Positions 51,861 through 63,112 are shown, counted from the stretch's first letter. The stretch is DNA of 64,000 nt from Mobula hypostoma (GCF_963921235.1 NC_086117.1:17980001-18044000); one strand, 5' to 3'. The notes: generated by a model from the sequence alone, not told the origin. Numbers and translations are program-made.

Positions 51861-53508
51861 TAATGCAGGATTAGTATAATGGGGTGACTGATGAATCATT
51901 TGGACTCGGGGAGGGGCGGGGCTGAAGTGCCAGTTTCCATACGAATCTCTCCCTGGCTCCATGGCTAAGACTGTACAAACACGTCACTGTGTGCTCATTT
52001 ATACCACAATGCCAACCAGCAAAAGTCAATTTTAACTTGCCAATTAATTTTAACTGATTACCTCTTGAGAGTTTGTTGTTTTGTATGGCAGATGCTTTCC
52101 TCTTCACATTTCCAACTGGTTTTTGTCAGAGCAGGATGAAGTGCGGCCCGGGAGTCTGTCCGTTCAGGAACCAGGGTTGGATCTTGAAAACTTCTTGAAA
52201 ATGATAAAACATTAATGAGAATCTACTGTCCAGTCCTTTGGAAATCCCAATAGTTCGGCATGTGCTGCTGTTTGCCGTGCTCCCTTCCACTTCCTGGGTC
52301 CAACTTTGTTGCATCCAGTCCCCACACTCATTACAATTTGCTGGGGCCCTGCTTCCTGTCATCTTCTCCCTCACCGGGACTCTTTTCCTACACTCCCATC
52401 CACCCGACAGGGCCCTGGCTCCAGTGTTCCTTTCATCACAATTTGCTGGGGCCCTGCTTCCTGTCACCTTTTCCCTCAACGGGACTCTTTCCCCACACTC
52501 TCATCTCCTCTCCAGGGCCCTGGCTCCAACTCTCGCAATCTAACTCATAGGACCGCTGTTTCCCCTCCTCTCGTCAGACTGACAGCGTCCCGTTTCTCAT
52601 GCTCATTGGGACGCTTATTGCATTACCATGTAGCATCTATAGAAGTAAACTAAAAAAAAATACGTTAATAAATTCATGTTGAAACATGCAATAGTCTGGA
52701 AAACCCGCTAGTCCAACAACACCAAGGCCCAAGCGAACTGGATTATCAGAGTTGTACTGCTATATCATTATCAGCTGGCATCAGTTAACATTATCTGGTG
52801 AAGCAAATGTGCTTATGACAAAGGAAAGGAGAGTTTCAATCTCTTAGGGAAGATCAGGAAATAATTATGTTGGGAAAGTAATTGAGAGAAAGAGAGGTTG
52901 ACAGACAGTGGGGAAGAGAAATTCGCAGATAGTGGGGGAGGGAGAGAGATTTGCTGGCAAACAGTGGGGAAGTGGGAGAGAGACAGATTGAATGATAGAC
53001 AATAGGAGGGGAAAAGAGAGACACTCAGAGAGAGGAAGAAAGAGAGTCTGATAGATAGACAACGCACACAAGATGCTGGAGGAACCCAGCAGGCCAGGCA
53101 GTATCTATGGAAAAGAGTAAACAGTCGATGCCTCTGGCCGAAACCCTTCACCAGGACATTGACCAAGGCATTGACTGTTTACTCTTTTCCATAAATGCCG
53201 CCTGGCCTGCTGAGTTCCTCCAGCTTTGTGTGTGTGTTGCTTTGATTTCCAGCATCTGCATATTTTTTCTTGTTTCTGACAGATGGAGCATGGAGACTGA
53301 GAGACAGTGGGTGGGGTGGGGGGGGGAGAGACTGACTGATAGACAGGACGGGTGAGAGAGAGAGACAGAAACATTGGCAGACAATGGGTAGGGGGTGGAG
53401 AAAGGACTGACTGGGGGAAATCAAAGAAACTAACAGAGACTCAAAACCAGAGTTGGCACATTTGAGCAAACACCTTCAGACTTTGTATTTACTCCATTCG
53501 CTTCACAG

Positions 53509-53605
53509 ATCGACGGAGCAACTCAGAGAGATGGTGGCAATTATTCCTGTGTAGCTACCAACGAGGCAGGTGAATCTGAACAGGCTGTCAAAGTAATTGT
53601 GTATG
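53509..53605 (+). CDS. HMCN2: Hemicentin exon (97 nt, phase 0-1): IDGATQRDGGNYSCVATNEAGESEQAVKVIVY
   Basis: Acceptor cttcacag, donor gtaagt; absent from ORF track. Confidence 0.92.
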
Positions 53606-54152
53606 GTAAGTGTTGTGGTGGATCAGTCTAACACAGCCTACAGCAGAAAGATTCACAGGTAAAGATGTACCAGTATAGTGCACTGGAATTCCAGCAATTT
53701 GGGTTGTTAAAAATTATTATTTTTTGACGTGCAATTTAATTTTACTAATTGTTCTCCATCATGTATAACTCAAAAAGGTCTACCCTACATCATTCTGCCT
53801 TTTTTGGCATCTCATCTGTTCTGCACTCTCTTGGCAATGAACTGTTGTTTCTGTGCATTACCAAGCACAATACAACTGGAGTCAAATACATTTTTCATGT
53901 CAGCTACTATGATGATACTCGTGAGGGAAGACCTGCCTGTAGGCAAGAGCAAACCGGATTGGTTACCCGGTTGTTGAATGTTAACACACTGAGCAACTCA
54001 CTCGTGTGTGTTGTTCCTTTTTTTGGATGCAGTAATTGGAGACAGTGATCACAATTCCCCAATCTCATCATGTTCCCATTGCAGTGTAATGTGTAGGTCC
54101 ATGATTGAAAGGTGATTTGAGAAACAAACTGCTAATTGTTACGGACCATCAC

Positions 54153-54586
54153 CAACGTTCCCTCTATTTATTTTAACAGCTGCGCGACCCATCCATTGCT
54201 CTGAGCAGGAATCTTCTATATAGCCTAAAAACTGCACGGCACTATAAATGTTTTTTTTACAATGAAGTTTAAAGTAAACTTATCATCTAAGTATATATAC
54301 GTCACCATATACAACCCTGAGATCCATTTTCTTGTGGGCATACTAAATAAATCGATAATAGAATCAATGGGAGACCGTACCAACTTGGGCATTCAACCAG
54401 TGTGCAAAAGACAACAAACTGTGTAAATATAAAAAGAAAGAAAAAATATTGAATAAATAAAAATTAAATAAATATCCATACTATGAATACTTAGAATGAA
54501 TCGCTGTGTGGCAACAGAGGCTATGTGCACGGGGGCATTTCAGTTACAGCATGGCCACGCCCTCGGACAGCTTAGAGGGATCAGTG
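54153..54586. mobile_element. hAT-like MITE (TIR CAACGTTCCCTCTAA); second, inverted copy 59182-59495
   Basis: Matching termini and internal similarity between copies; degenerate 8-bp flanks accatcac/actatgac. Confidence 0.6.
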
Positions 54587-55389
54587 ACTATGACAGAAAA
54601 TTTATTCCACTATTACATACTAAGCTAAATGAATCCATGTGCTCTACAATATGTTTCAGAATATCACTCTTGTGTGTTCATGTAACCATGCATTATTAGA
54701 AGATTTAAAAAATTGAAGATTAGCTTTATTAGTCACATTCCTTTTAAGAGGAATAGATAGAGTGGACAGCCAGCGCCTCTTCCCCAGGGCACCACTGCTC
54801 AACACAAGAGGACAAGGCTTTAAGGTAAGGGGTGGGAAGTCCAAGGGGGATATTAGAGGAAGGTTTTTTACTCAGAGTGGTTGGTGTGTGGAATACACTG
54901 CCTGAGTCAGTGGTGGAGGCAGATACACTCGTGAAGTTTAAGAGACTACTAGACAGGTATATGGAGGAATTTAAGGTGGGGGGGTTATATGGGAGGTAGG
55001 GTTTAAGGGTCGGCACAACTTTGTGGGCCGAAGGGCCTGTACTGTGCTGTACTATTCTATGTTCTATGTCCATTGAAACAGTGCAGTGAAATGCATCGTT
55101 TGCGTCAAATCAGATCAGTGAGGATTGTGCTGGGCCACGCGTCATACCCACAACTCACTAACCTCACTGCACATCTCTGGAATGCGGGAGGAATTCTGGA
55201 GCAGCCAGTGGAAATCCAGGCAGTCACGGGGAGGATATCCAAACTCCTCAGAGACAGCAGCAGGGAATTGAACACGGATCAGTGATCACTGGCACTGTAA
55301 CAGTATGGCGCCAACTGCTACGCTGGTGTTAATAAAGTGACTTTATATTACAAACGATATTTTCTACCATTTGTCTTTTTATATTTCAG

Positions 55390-55488
55390 AGTTTCCTGTT
55401 ATAGACACTTCTGTCGATACCAACAAAACTGCAACTGTGAACCACTCAGTATCCTTCGACTGCGTTGCCACGGGAACTCCACCCCCTG
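55390..55488 (+). CDS. HMCN2: Hemicentin exon (99 nt, phase 1-1): EFPVIDTSVDTNKTATVNHSVSFDCVATGTPPP
   Basis: Acceptor atatttcag, donor gtaagt. Confidence 0.92.
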
Positions 55489-56020
55489 GTAAGTATGGCT
55501 TGTTGTCCACTGAAACGAAACCTGATTGTTTACCCCACATTTTCCTGGGGTTATGACAGATAAGTGGCTCTGAAATTTCAATAAATATCTGTAAAACAAT
55601 CAGAAATACAGGTAGATGTCAATGTATAGGAACATGTTAACTGCACATGTGGCTATTCACCTTCCAAAAAAAGTCACAATTTTCCTACCTCATCATATCA
55701 TTAGCAATTATTTAATAACACTATAATTTTCTCAGTTGTTTATAAACATAAGAGATTCTGCTGGTGCTGGAAATGCAGAGTAATACACACGAAATGCTGG
55801 AGGAACTGAGCAGCTCAGGCAGCATTTGTGTGTGTGTTTCCCAGTAGTTATCCTTGAGCTTGCCCAAAGCATTTCACAGATTTGGTTGAGCTGCTGGGTT
55901 TGAAACTATGGAAGCTAAAATTCCTTTCCCCATGGTGTGGCATTGATTTGCGGAGCGTTAACACAGCTATCTTGTTTCCTGTCTTTGTCACCAAGTGATC
56001 TTTGTTCCTTTGTCACTTAG

Positions 56021-56197
56021 TGTTGACTTGGCTGAAGGGGAACCAGTTGATCACAAATATGGCTGGTGTCAGTGTGCTGGAGGAGGGGAGAACTCTACAG
56101 ATACACAGTGCCCAGGTGTCGGACAGAGGACTGTATCGCTGTGTGGCATCCAGTATGGGTGGCAGTACAGAACTGCAATACACCTTACAGGTTTATG
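56021..56197 (+). CDS. HMCN2: Hemicentin exon (177 nt, phase 1-1): VLTWLKGNQ...DRGLYRCVASSMGGSTELQYTLQVY
   Basis: Acceptor tgtcacttag, donor gtgaga. Confidence 0.93.
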
Positions 56198-56674
56198 GTG
56201 AGATGGATTCTATACACTGTATCTCTGACACAGGGACATCCACGTGCCGCAGTCTGCCGTAACTTCTGTTCACTCACCTTAGCAGCAATGTTATGGGAAA
56301 TTACTGAGCTGAGGCCAACTCTTTGTCAGTGTGGTAAGAAAAGGCCAGAATGAGATTATGTTATTCTGTAGAACAGCTTCTTCCTCTCTGCCATCCAATT
56401 GCTGAATGGACATTGAACTTATGAACTACCTCCGTAAAATATTTTTATTTTTGCACTACTTACTTAATTTAACTATTATATGTATATACTTGCCGTAATT
56501 CTCAGTTTTTTTCTCTATTATTATGTATTGCATTGTACTGCTGCCACAAAGACAACAAATTTCACGACACATGCCAGTGACATTAAACCTGATTCTGATT
56601 CTGTTACTATTGGTGGAACACTCACAATGCACTGGAGGAACTCAGCAGGTCAGTCGGCATCAGTTGAAAAGATT

Positions 56675-56710
56675 AGTCGACGTTTCGGGCCGAAACCCTT
56701 CGTCAGGACT
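56675..56710 (-). ncRNA. Minimal hammerhead ribozyme motif, intact core
   Basis: Reverse complement: agtc CTGACGA a gggtttcggccc GAAA cg TC gact. Confidence 0.7.
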
Positions 56711-56742
56711 GAAGGAAGAACCCTCCCCAAAGTTCTTCCTTC

Positions 56743-56778
56743 AGTCCTGACGAAGGGTTTTGGCCCGAAACGTCGACT
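56743..56778 (+). ncRNA. Minimal hammerhead ribozyme motif, intact core (predicted cleavage after C56774)
   Basis: agtc CTGACGA a gggttttggccc GAAA cg TC gact. Confidence 0.7.
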
Positions 56779-57107
56779 AATCTTTTCAACTGATGCTGAC
56801 TGACCTGCTGAGTTCCTCCAACCATTGTGAGTGTTCCTTTGACAACAGCATCTGCAGATTATTTTGTGTTTACTATTGGTGGAATACAGGCTGGAGATTT
56901 GCAAATGGATCATTTGGCTGTTCTGTCTTTCCAAACTGACCCATAATCTGGAGACGTCGAACAAAATGAAATAAATTTGTTAGTAAAAGACACTGTGGCA
57001 CTTGCATCTCCAGTCACACAGCTAGCAGCAGATTACAACTGGGTATCCGTATACTCTTTCTCATTCTCACAGCAGGCCATAAACAAAAGAGATTCTGCAG
57101 ATGCTGG

Positions 57108-57654
57108 TGTAACTCTCGGTTCGGCTAGCAGCTTAACCTAGGGGAAGACAGTCCTCGGCCTGGCCAAACTTCAGAAATCTCGTTTGGGTGGATGCTGCGC
57201 AAATGTGTCCCCTGTTACAAATCAGTACCACAAAATAACAAACAGTACACAATATGTGATTAAACGATTGAGCTTTATAATTCTTAGTTTGACTATATGA
57301 TTAGTAAAGGAAACAAAGAAAAGAAAAGGTCCCATTCTCATGAAACAGTCTAATTCGCAACGTTGGAGCTCATTGATAAGGCCGTTCGTCCACCATCGAT
57401 CTCTTCCGATTGTCGCTGACCTTCGGACCCTCGATCCAAGTCCACTCCATCTGGCGGTCTACCAACTCTCCATTCGCGTCTTCACTCCTCATCTCTCCCC
57501 GGCAAAAGACCGCGAAATCCCTGCTCCCAGACCCACAAGAAAGAACAACATCCCACTCATCGGCTAACATGCCCCGTTATCTCTAGTCATAACCCAAACA
57601 TTGCTGCTACAGAGAAACAATTACATTAGCAGTGGAACCTTACAGCGTGTTACA
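57108..57654. mobile_element. Solo LTR (547 bp) inserted in a pLTR fragment
   Basis: TGTAAC...GTTACA termini; perfect 4-bp TSD ctgg; host rejoins as gatgctgg|aaatcc. Confidence 0.8.
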
Positions 57655-57927
57655 CTGGAAATCCAAAGCAAATCACACAAACTGCTGCAGGAACTCAGCA
57701 GGCCAGGGACCAGGATCTATTTGATATCCATGCTTGTTTACCTCAGTCCCTGCGTTAATATAAACATCTTCTTGCACAGACACTCTCTCCAGTGGACATG
57801 TTGCTACACCCTTGTATTTCTCACTTCCATATGCAAGGTACTAACAGTATGTGTTCCATCATTGAAGTTTGCTGGCAATTATGGGAAAACATCGATTCTC
57901 ACTCATCCAGAACTTTTTAATTTGCAG

Positions 57928-58079
57928 TCCCGCCAATGATCTCAACGGTTTTGGACAAGGTTACTGCCCTTCTGAACCAGCCTATAGAACTTCAGTGTGA
58001 GGCTGCAGGAATTCCTGCCCCCAAAGTGACATGGCTAAAAGATAAAACTCCGCTCTTTATGATGAGTGAAAGGCTAAAG
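57928..58079 (+). CDS. HMCN2: Hemicentin exon (152 nt, phase 1-0): VPPMISTVLDK...ELQCEAAGIPAPKVTWLKDK...ERLK
   Basis: Acceptor taatttgcag, donor gtcagt. Confidence 0.93.
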
Positions 58080-58107
58080 GTCAGTGGTATTTGTTATTCT
58101 GAACCTA

Positions 58108-58131
58108 CAGTTCTGTGCAAAAATCTTAGAG

Positions 58132-58187
<56 letters not shown>

Positions 58188-58610
58188 TATATATCGTGCC
58201 AAAGAATTTTGGACAGTACAGTGAGTGTTGATAAACCTGATTCTGATATGGGTCTCTATTGTAGACTGAGAGTGGGAAGGGGGCAGGGAGAGGGGAATGA
58301 TGGTTGGGCAAAGAGGAAGGGAGAGGGGAGGTTGTAGGAAGCACCAGAGAGACATTCTGTAATGATCAATAAACAACTGTTTGGAATCAAATCACCTTGT
58401 CTGGTGTCTCAGGGCTGCGTGAGTCTGTATCCACAGCATCCCTCACCCCCACCCCGGCATTCCTTCTCTATCACCTGTCCCACACCCCACCCGCAGCTCT
58501 CCACCTTCGCCATTCCCAACATCCTTTGCTCCCACTGGATTTACAAACTCGCTCTCTGCTCTACATTGACAAATACAGTACCATGCAAACGTTTTAGGCA
58601 CCCTTGCTAC

Positions 58611-58644
<34 letters not shown>

Positions 58645-58666
58645 CTAAGAGTTTTACATAGTACTG
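58108..58666. mobile_element. Composite Tc1-type element, copy 2
   Basis: Mini-hairpins 58108-58221 and 58576-58666 flank the same core as copy 1; TA on both outer sides. Confidence 0.75.
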
Positions 58667-58966
58667 TAAATTGATGGTGACTGTTTACTAGATGTGTGTT
58701 TTCCATTAAGTAGATACCGCAGACAGATTTTGAGCTACCAATGTTAACATTGACTATTATGCCCCTGTCTCTCCTGCAGTGACTGGTTGATTATGAGTGT
58801 GAACTTGCTGTCTGGCCATTTTATGGGATTTTGTCCGTATTTATTTTTGTTTACTTTTCCCCATCTTTCCCCTACAACTTTCTACTTATCAGGTGAAGTT
58901 AATGCATTCTCTTTGTAATTTGATTGTTTTGCCTGTTGAACTGAAGTGTCTTTTCTCTTTGATTAG

Positions 58967-59090
58967 TTCTTTATGAATGGTCAGGTTCTGTCCTTTGCCA
59001 GTGCCCACTCCTCTGATTCAGGAACATATACCTGCGTTGCTGTGAGTTCTGCCGGAGAGGACCAAAAGGATATCCACCTGCAAGTTTATC
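58967..59090 (+). CDS. HMCN2: Hemicentin exon (124 nt, phase 0-1): [41 protein letters not shown]
   Basis: Acceptor ctttgattag, donor gtaagt; absent from ORF track. Confidence 0.92.
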
Positions 59091-61781
59091 GTAAGTGTGC
59101 TTTGAAATAACGTTGGGATTGGGCGAAACGTACCCAGGAAAGAGTTGTATTGAAGCATCCATTAGAATCTCTCCACGTGAACACTGTTTGCTCTAAGCTG
59201 CATGGGTGTGCAGCCACTGAAATGCCCCCATGCACATAGCCTTTGTTGCCACACACCTGGAGTAAAGAAACAAGAAAAAGTTTAGGAAAAGTGGAAGATT
59301 TTCTTTGTTGTACTGTATTTTGTCATACCCTTCCGTTAATAAATAAAATGAAAAGTATGTGAGTTTTCAATTTTCATAGTATGCATGTAACAAAAATAAT
59401 TAAAGTGCTGCATAGTTTTCAGGCCATGTAAAAGTTTCCTGCTCAGAGCAATGGTTAGTCCGCGTAGCTATTAAAATAAATTAGAGGGAACGTTGCCAGC
59501 GAAGTTAAGTTTTGGTGTTACGGTGCAATTTTAAGGATGTTCCACAAAGGTCTTCTACTTAGGCAGACTCTTGGAATGAAACTGGTTTAGCAGGTTCTGA
59601 AGTGACTGATGAGGCCATGGTGGAAATTACAGAGAGGTGCTCGATGAGTGGGATGGTATACTCTTGGGGCTTCTGACGCTCGGACTCAAGGTTTTTAGTA
59701 CCATTCTAAATCCTCCCTCTCCGCTTAGCACAGTCATGGAAGAGGATTTCCTAAGGGTCGAGGGGAATGTTTGAGCTTTGTGTATATTCTTGACGCTTAT
59801 CTTCTGTCAGTGTGATAATCCCTTTCCATGGGATTAGAAGTTCCATATTAGGTGTCTGATATTGAGCATGCACATAAGAAGGCTCTGAGACTCAATCTAA
59901 CTAATGGAGTGGTCATCATCTTCTGATTTTCTCATGGGTTGCGGCTGTTAAGGACAAGGGCATCATTAAATACCTTTCTCTGTTTACTGGTGAATGGTTA
60001 TCAGGAATCATTGCATTCTTCAGGTAGAAGGTATTCCCACACTGTGTTAGGAGTTAAACCCAGTGATAATGAAAAAATGGACATGCATTTCTAAATCAGA
60101 CAATCTGTGACTTGCAAGATTTCAGTTGTGTGTTTTTGAAACTTCATTCTTTCTGGTGAGCAGGGGGATCCTACCTCGCTCTTGACTTTTGCTTTGTGGA
60201 TGGTGAAATGCTTTGGGGTGGCAAGTCGGTTGCTCTGTAAATCAGATGCATCACTCCATGGTAGACGTGTTTGCTCAAAGCATTAGCAGGTCACACTGAG
60301 AATAACGGTCGGCTGTTCTTAGACCTGAATCAGAAGATAAGAGTTTGGCGGTTCTACTGGATATTTAATATATGCTGTCTGTAGAAGTAGTCTACAAACA
60401 CCAAATAAAGGACAAGGAAGCAGCCAGGAAAAATCATTGCGGACATTATCTACCCAGCAAACTGCCTTTTCCTAAAGCTCCCTTGTGGAAAGCACTACAG
60501 GACTATTAAAACAAAAACTCCATGACATCTTAAAAAGTTCTTCCCCCAGACAGTTAATCTGATTAACCTTTCTGGGTTTTTCACCCCACCCCTCTCCCTC
60601 TTTTACCACAGCACTGCACTGCCCCGTTAGCACTTTAGACCACTGTTGGCATATATTTCTGCACATTTTAATCCATGTCTGTACTCCTAACTTTATTTTT
60701 ATATAATTCTTTTTCCTGTATGATTGTTGAATGTCGTCGTTTTTTTTTATTGTGTGTAGCACCAACACACCACAGCAATTTTCATATGCATGTAAATGCA
60801 TATTATAGCGAATAAAATTCCTTGTCCTTGTGTAGTTTTCCCTCGGAACTCCTTGTCACTTTTCTGGCTGATATAATGGGGAAGAGGAGAGTGATGGGCA
60901 GATGGCACTGAGGTGGGGAGTGGAGAGGAGAGTGTTAAGACACCGTAATTGATGGAAACAGGCGGATATTATTAGAATTGTTAGATATTCTATGTCCTTT
61001 TTATAAGGCATTAAATATCAACTTGAAAAACCTTAGCCCAGTTTTCGCTCCATGTGCTACATTTGCTACAAAAATTGCAACTTTTATAAATACAAGAGAT
61101 TCTGCAGATGCTAGAAATCCAAAGCAACACACACAAGATGCTGGACAAAATCAGCAGGTCAGGCAGTGTGGAAGTTGGGCAAAAAGAGGGTGAACATAAT
61201 ATCCAGGCAGGGATAGGTTGCAGACAGCCCAGGCAAGAAAGGCCATTGAAGAGCATAGCTTCCCTTTGCATAGCAAATTCCCAGAGCCATTTTGGCTTTC
61301 TGCAGACAAGGTAAGAATGTAATGGAAGGATGCAAAATACACACACCAACAAAGAGGCAATTACTTTACTAACTTCAAAGTATCAGCAATTGTTAGCGTG
61401 TAGTTTCTATTGTCTTTTAACACCTGTATTGTGAATGGTGATTGATCTTGCAAGTAAGAAATTCAGACATACGCAGTTTACCCAATGGTCAATATCTGTA
61501 ACCGCGCTTCAGTTCTGTCCTGGCTTCAGAACAGTGTGGTGATGGGGTCCATGCTGATCTTCTTGTGCACAAGTAAAATAAAGTGTGGTTGAGGAATGAG
61601 TGCATGTTTTCAGAGCCCAGTTAATCAGTGACAACAGCAGCATCTACGGAGGGTAATATGCAGTCAACATTTTGAGCTGATCTGCTTTGGGTGGGCATAA
61701 CATCGCTCAGTGCTTCATAAAGTGAACTCATTCGCCGACTGAGCCAGCAACTGAAACAATTTTATGCATTTTACCCCTTAG

Positions 61782-61957
61782 TTCCACCGAGCATTCTGGG
61801 AGAGGAACAGAATGTGTCGGTGACTTTGAATGGTTCGGTGAGCTTGGAGTGCCAGAGTCAAGCATTCCCTCCTCCCACTCTCACCTGGACGAAGGATGGG
61901 CGGCCTCTGCCAAGGCATGCTGGTCTCGTGCTCAATGAAAATGGCAGTCTCGTTGAG
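61782..61957 (+). CDS. HMCN2: Hemicentin exon (176 nt, phase 1-0): LPPSILGEEQNVSVTLNGSVSLECQSQAFPPPTLTWTKDGRPL...SLVE
   Basis: Acceptor ttaccccttag, donor gtcagt. Confidence 0.93.
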
Positions 61958-62346
61958 GTCAGTGTTGCCTTAGAGTCTCTGAAATGCTTTGACTTGATCT
62001 TCAATCACGTGTGCTTGGGAGTAAAGAAAGAAATAGCTTTCATTTTCATAGTGCCTTCAGCTCTGAAAGTCCCAACGGGAGATAATTTAGGAAAGATGGC
62101 AGCCAGTTACTACACAGCAGAATCTCCAAATTAGCATCGAACTAGTGGCCAGGAAATCATTCTGGCGAGATCCCAGTTGTAAATAAATAGGTGGGTGGTT
62201 GGGTACATACTAGGATTATCATCAGAATTGTGTCATGGGATCAAAGAGACAAATCAGCCAAGAGTAATGATATAGCTAAAGGATGGCACCTCTGCTGATG
62301 CAGTGCTGCCTCGGTCCCATGGCATTGGAGATTCAGCCTAGATCTT

Positions 62347-63112
62347 ATCATAGTCATACTTTATTGATCCTAGGGGGAAATTGGTTTTCATTACAGTTGC
62401 ACCATAAATAATAAATAGTAATAAAAATAGTAATAATAATACTACTATCAGTAAATAGTAAATAGTAATAGTCATGGAAATAATAACTAGTAATAGAAAA
62501 ATAGTAATCAATAGTTAAATAGTAATATGTAAATTATGCCAGTAAATTATGAAATAAGTCCAGGACCAGCCTATTGGCTCAGGGTGTCTGACCCTCCAAG
62601 GGAGGAGTTGTAAAGTTTGATGGCCGCAGGCAGGAATGACTTCCTATGATGCTCTGTGTTGCATCTCAGTGGAATGAGTCTCTGGCTGAAGGTACTCCTG
62701 TGCCCACCCAGTACATTATGTAGTGGACGGGAGACATTGTCCAAGATGGCATGCAACTTAGACAGCATCCTCTTTTCAGACACCACTGTCAGAGAGTCCA
62801 GTTCCATCCCCACAACATCACTGGCCTTACAAATGAGTTTGTTGATTCTGTTGGTGTCTGCTACCCTCAGCCTGCTGCCCCAGCACACAACAGCAAACAT
62901 GATAGCACTGGCCACCACAGACTCGTAGAACATCCTCTGCATTGTCCAGCAGATGTTAAAGGACCTCAGTCTCCTCAGGAAATAGAGACAGCTCTGACCC
63001 TTCTTGTAGACAGCCTCAGTATTCTTTGACCGGTCCAGTTAATTGTCAATTCGTATCCCCAGGTATTTGTAATCCTCCACCATGTCCACACTGACCCCCT
63101 GGATGACCCCCC
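62347..63112 (-). mobile_element. Rex1/Babar LINE 3' fragment
   Basis: YKYLG..., MFYESVVASAIMFAVVCWGS...RKSFLPAAIKLYN; AATAGT-rich UTR. Confidence 0.85.

Larger units (their letters stand above)
56619..56869. mobile_element. Young palindromic pLTR-only insertion carrying two hammerhead motifs
   Basis: ~107-bp inverted arms around a 10-nt loop (56722-56731); 15-bp TSD ttactattggtggaa at 56604-56618 and 56870-56884. Confidence 0.88.
17370..61957 (+). other. HMCN2: Hemicentin gene, internal segment (19 coding exons, tandem I-set Ig domains), most likely hemicentin-2; gene continues beyond both window ends
   Basis: All exons have AG/GT boundaries and consistent phases, with no stops over ~1020 codons. 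Repeating pattern xPP..LxC...G.P.P.I.W.K..D.G.Y.C.A.N.AG. Domain order follows the vertebrate hemicentin Ig array as recalled; VLEPP, VPPQLL, the shortened domain, GSTELxY and PPSILGEE favour HMCN2 over HMCN1. Confidence 0.85.

Noticed and set aside
56480-56964. Opposite-strand ORFs sharing the same peptide
   Set aside because: A direct consequence of the DNA palindrome, not coding.
54153-59495. One 5.3-kb transposon enclosing four exons, suggested by inverted ends at 54153 and 59495
   Set aside because: Each end belongs to its own short MITE with a nearby partner TIR (54586 and 59182), and the outer flanks do not match as a TSD.
17370-61957. Assignment as HMCN1, titin/obscurin or a pseudogene
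   Set aside because: Exon sizes and domain order fit hemicentin, recalled diagnostic motifs favour HMCN2, and there are no stops or frameshifts. The paralogue call still needs a phylogeny.
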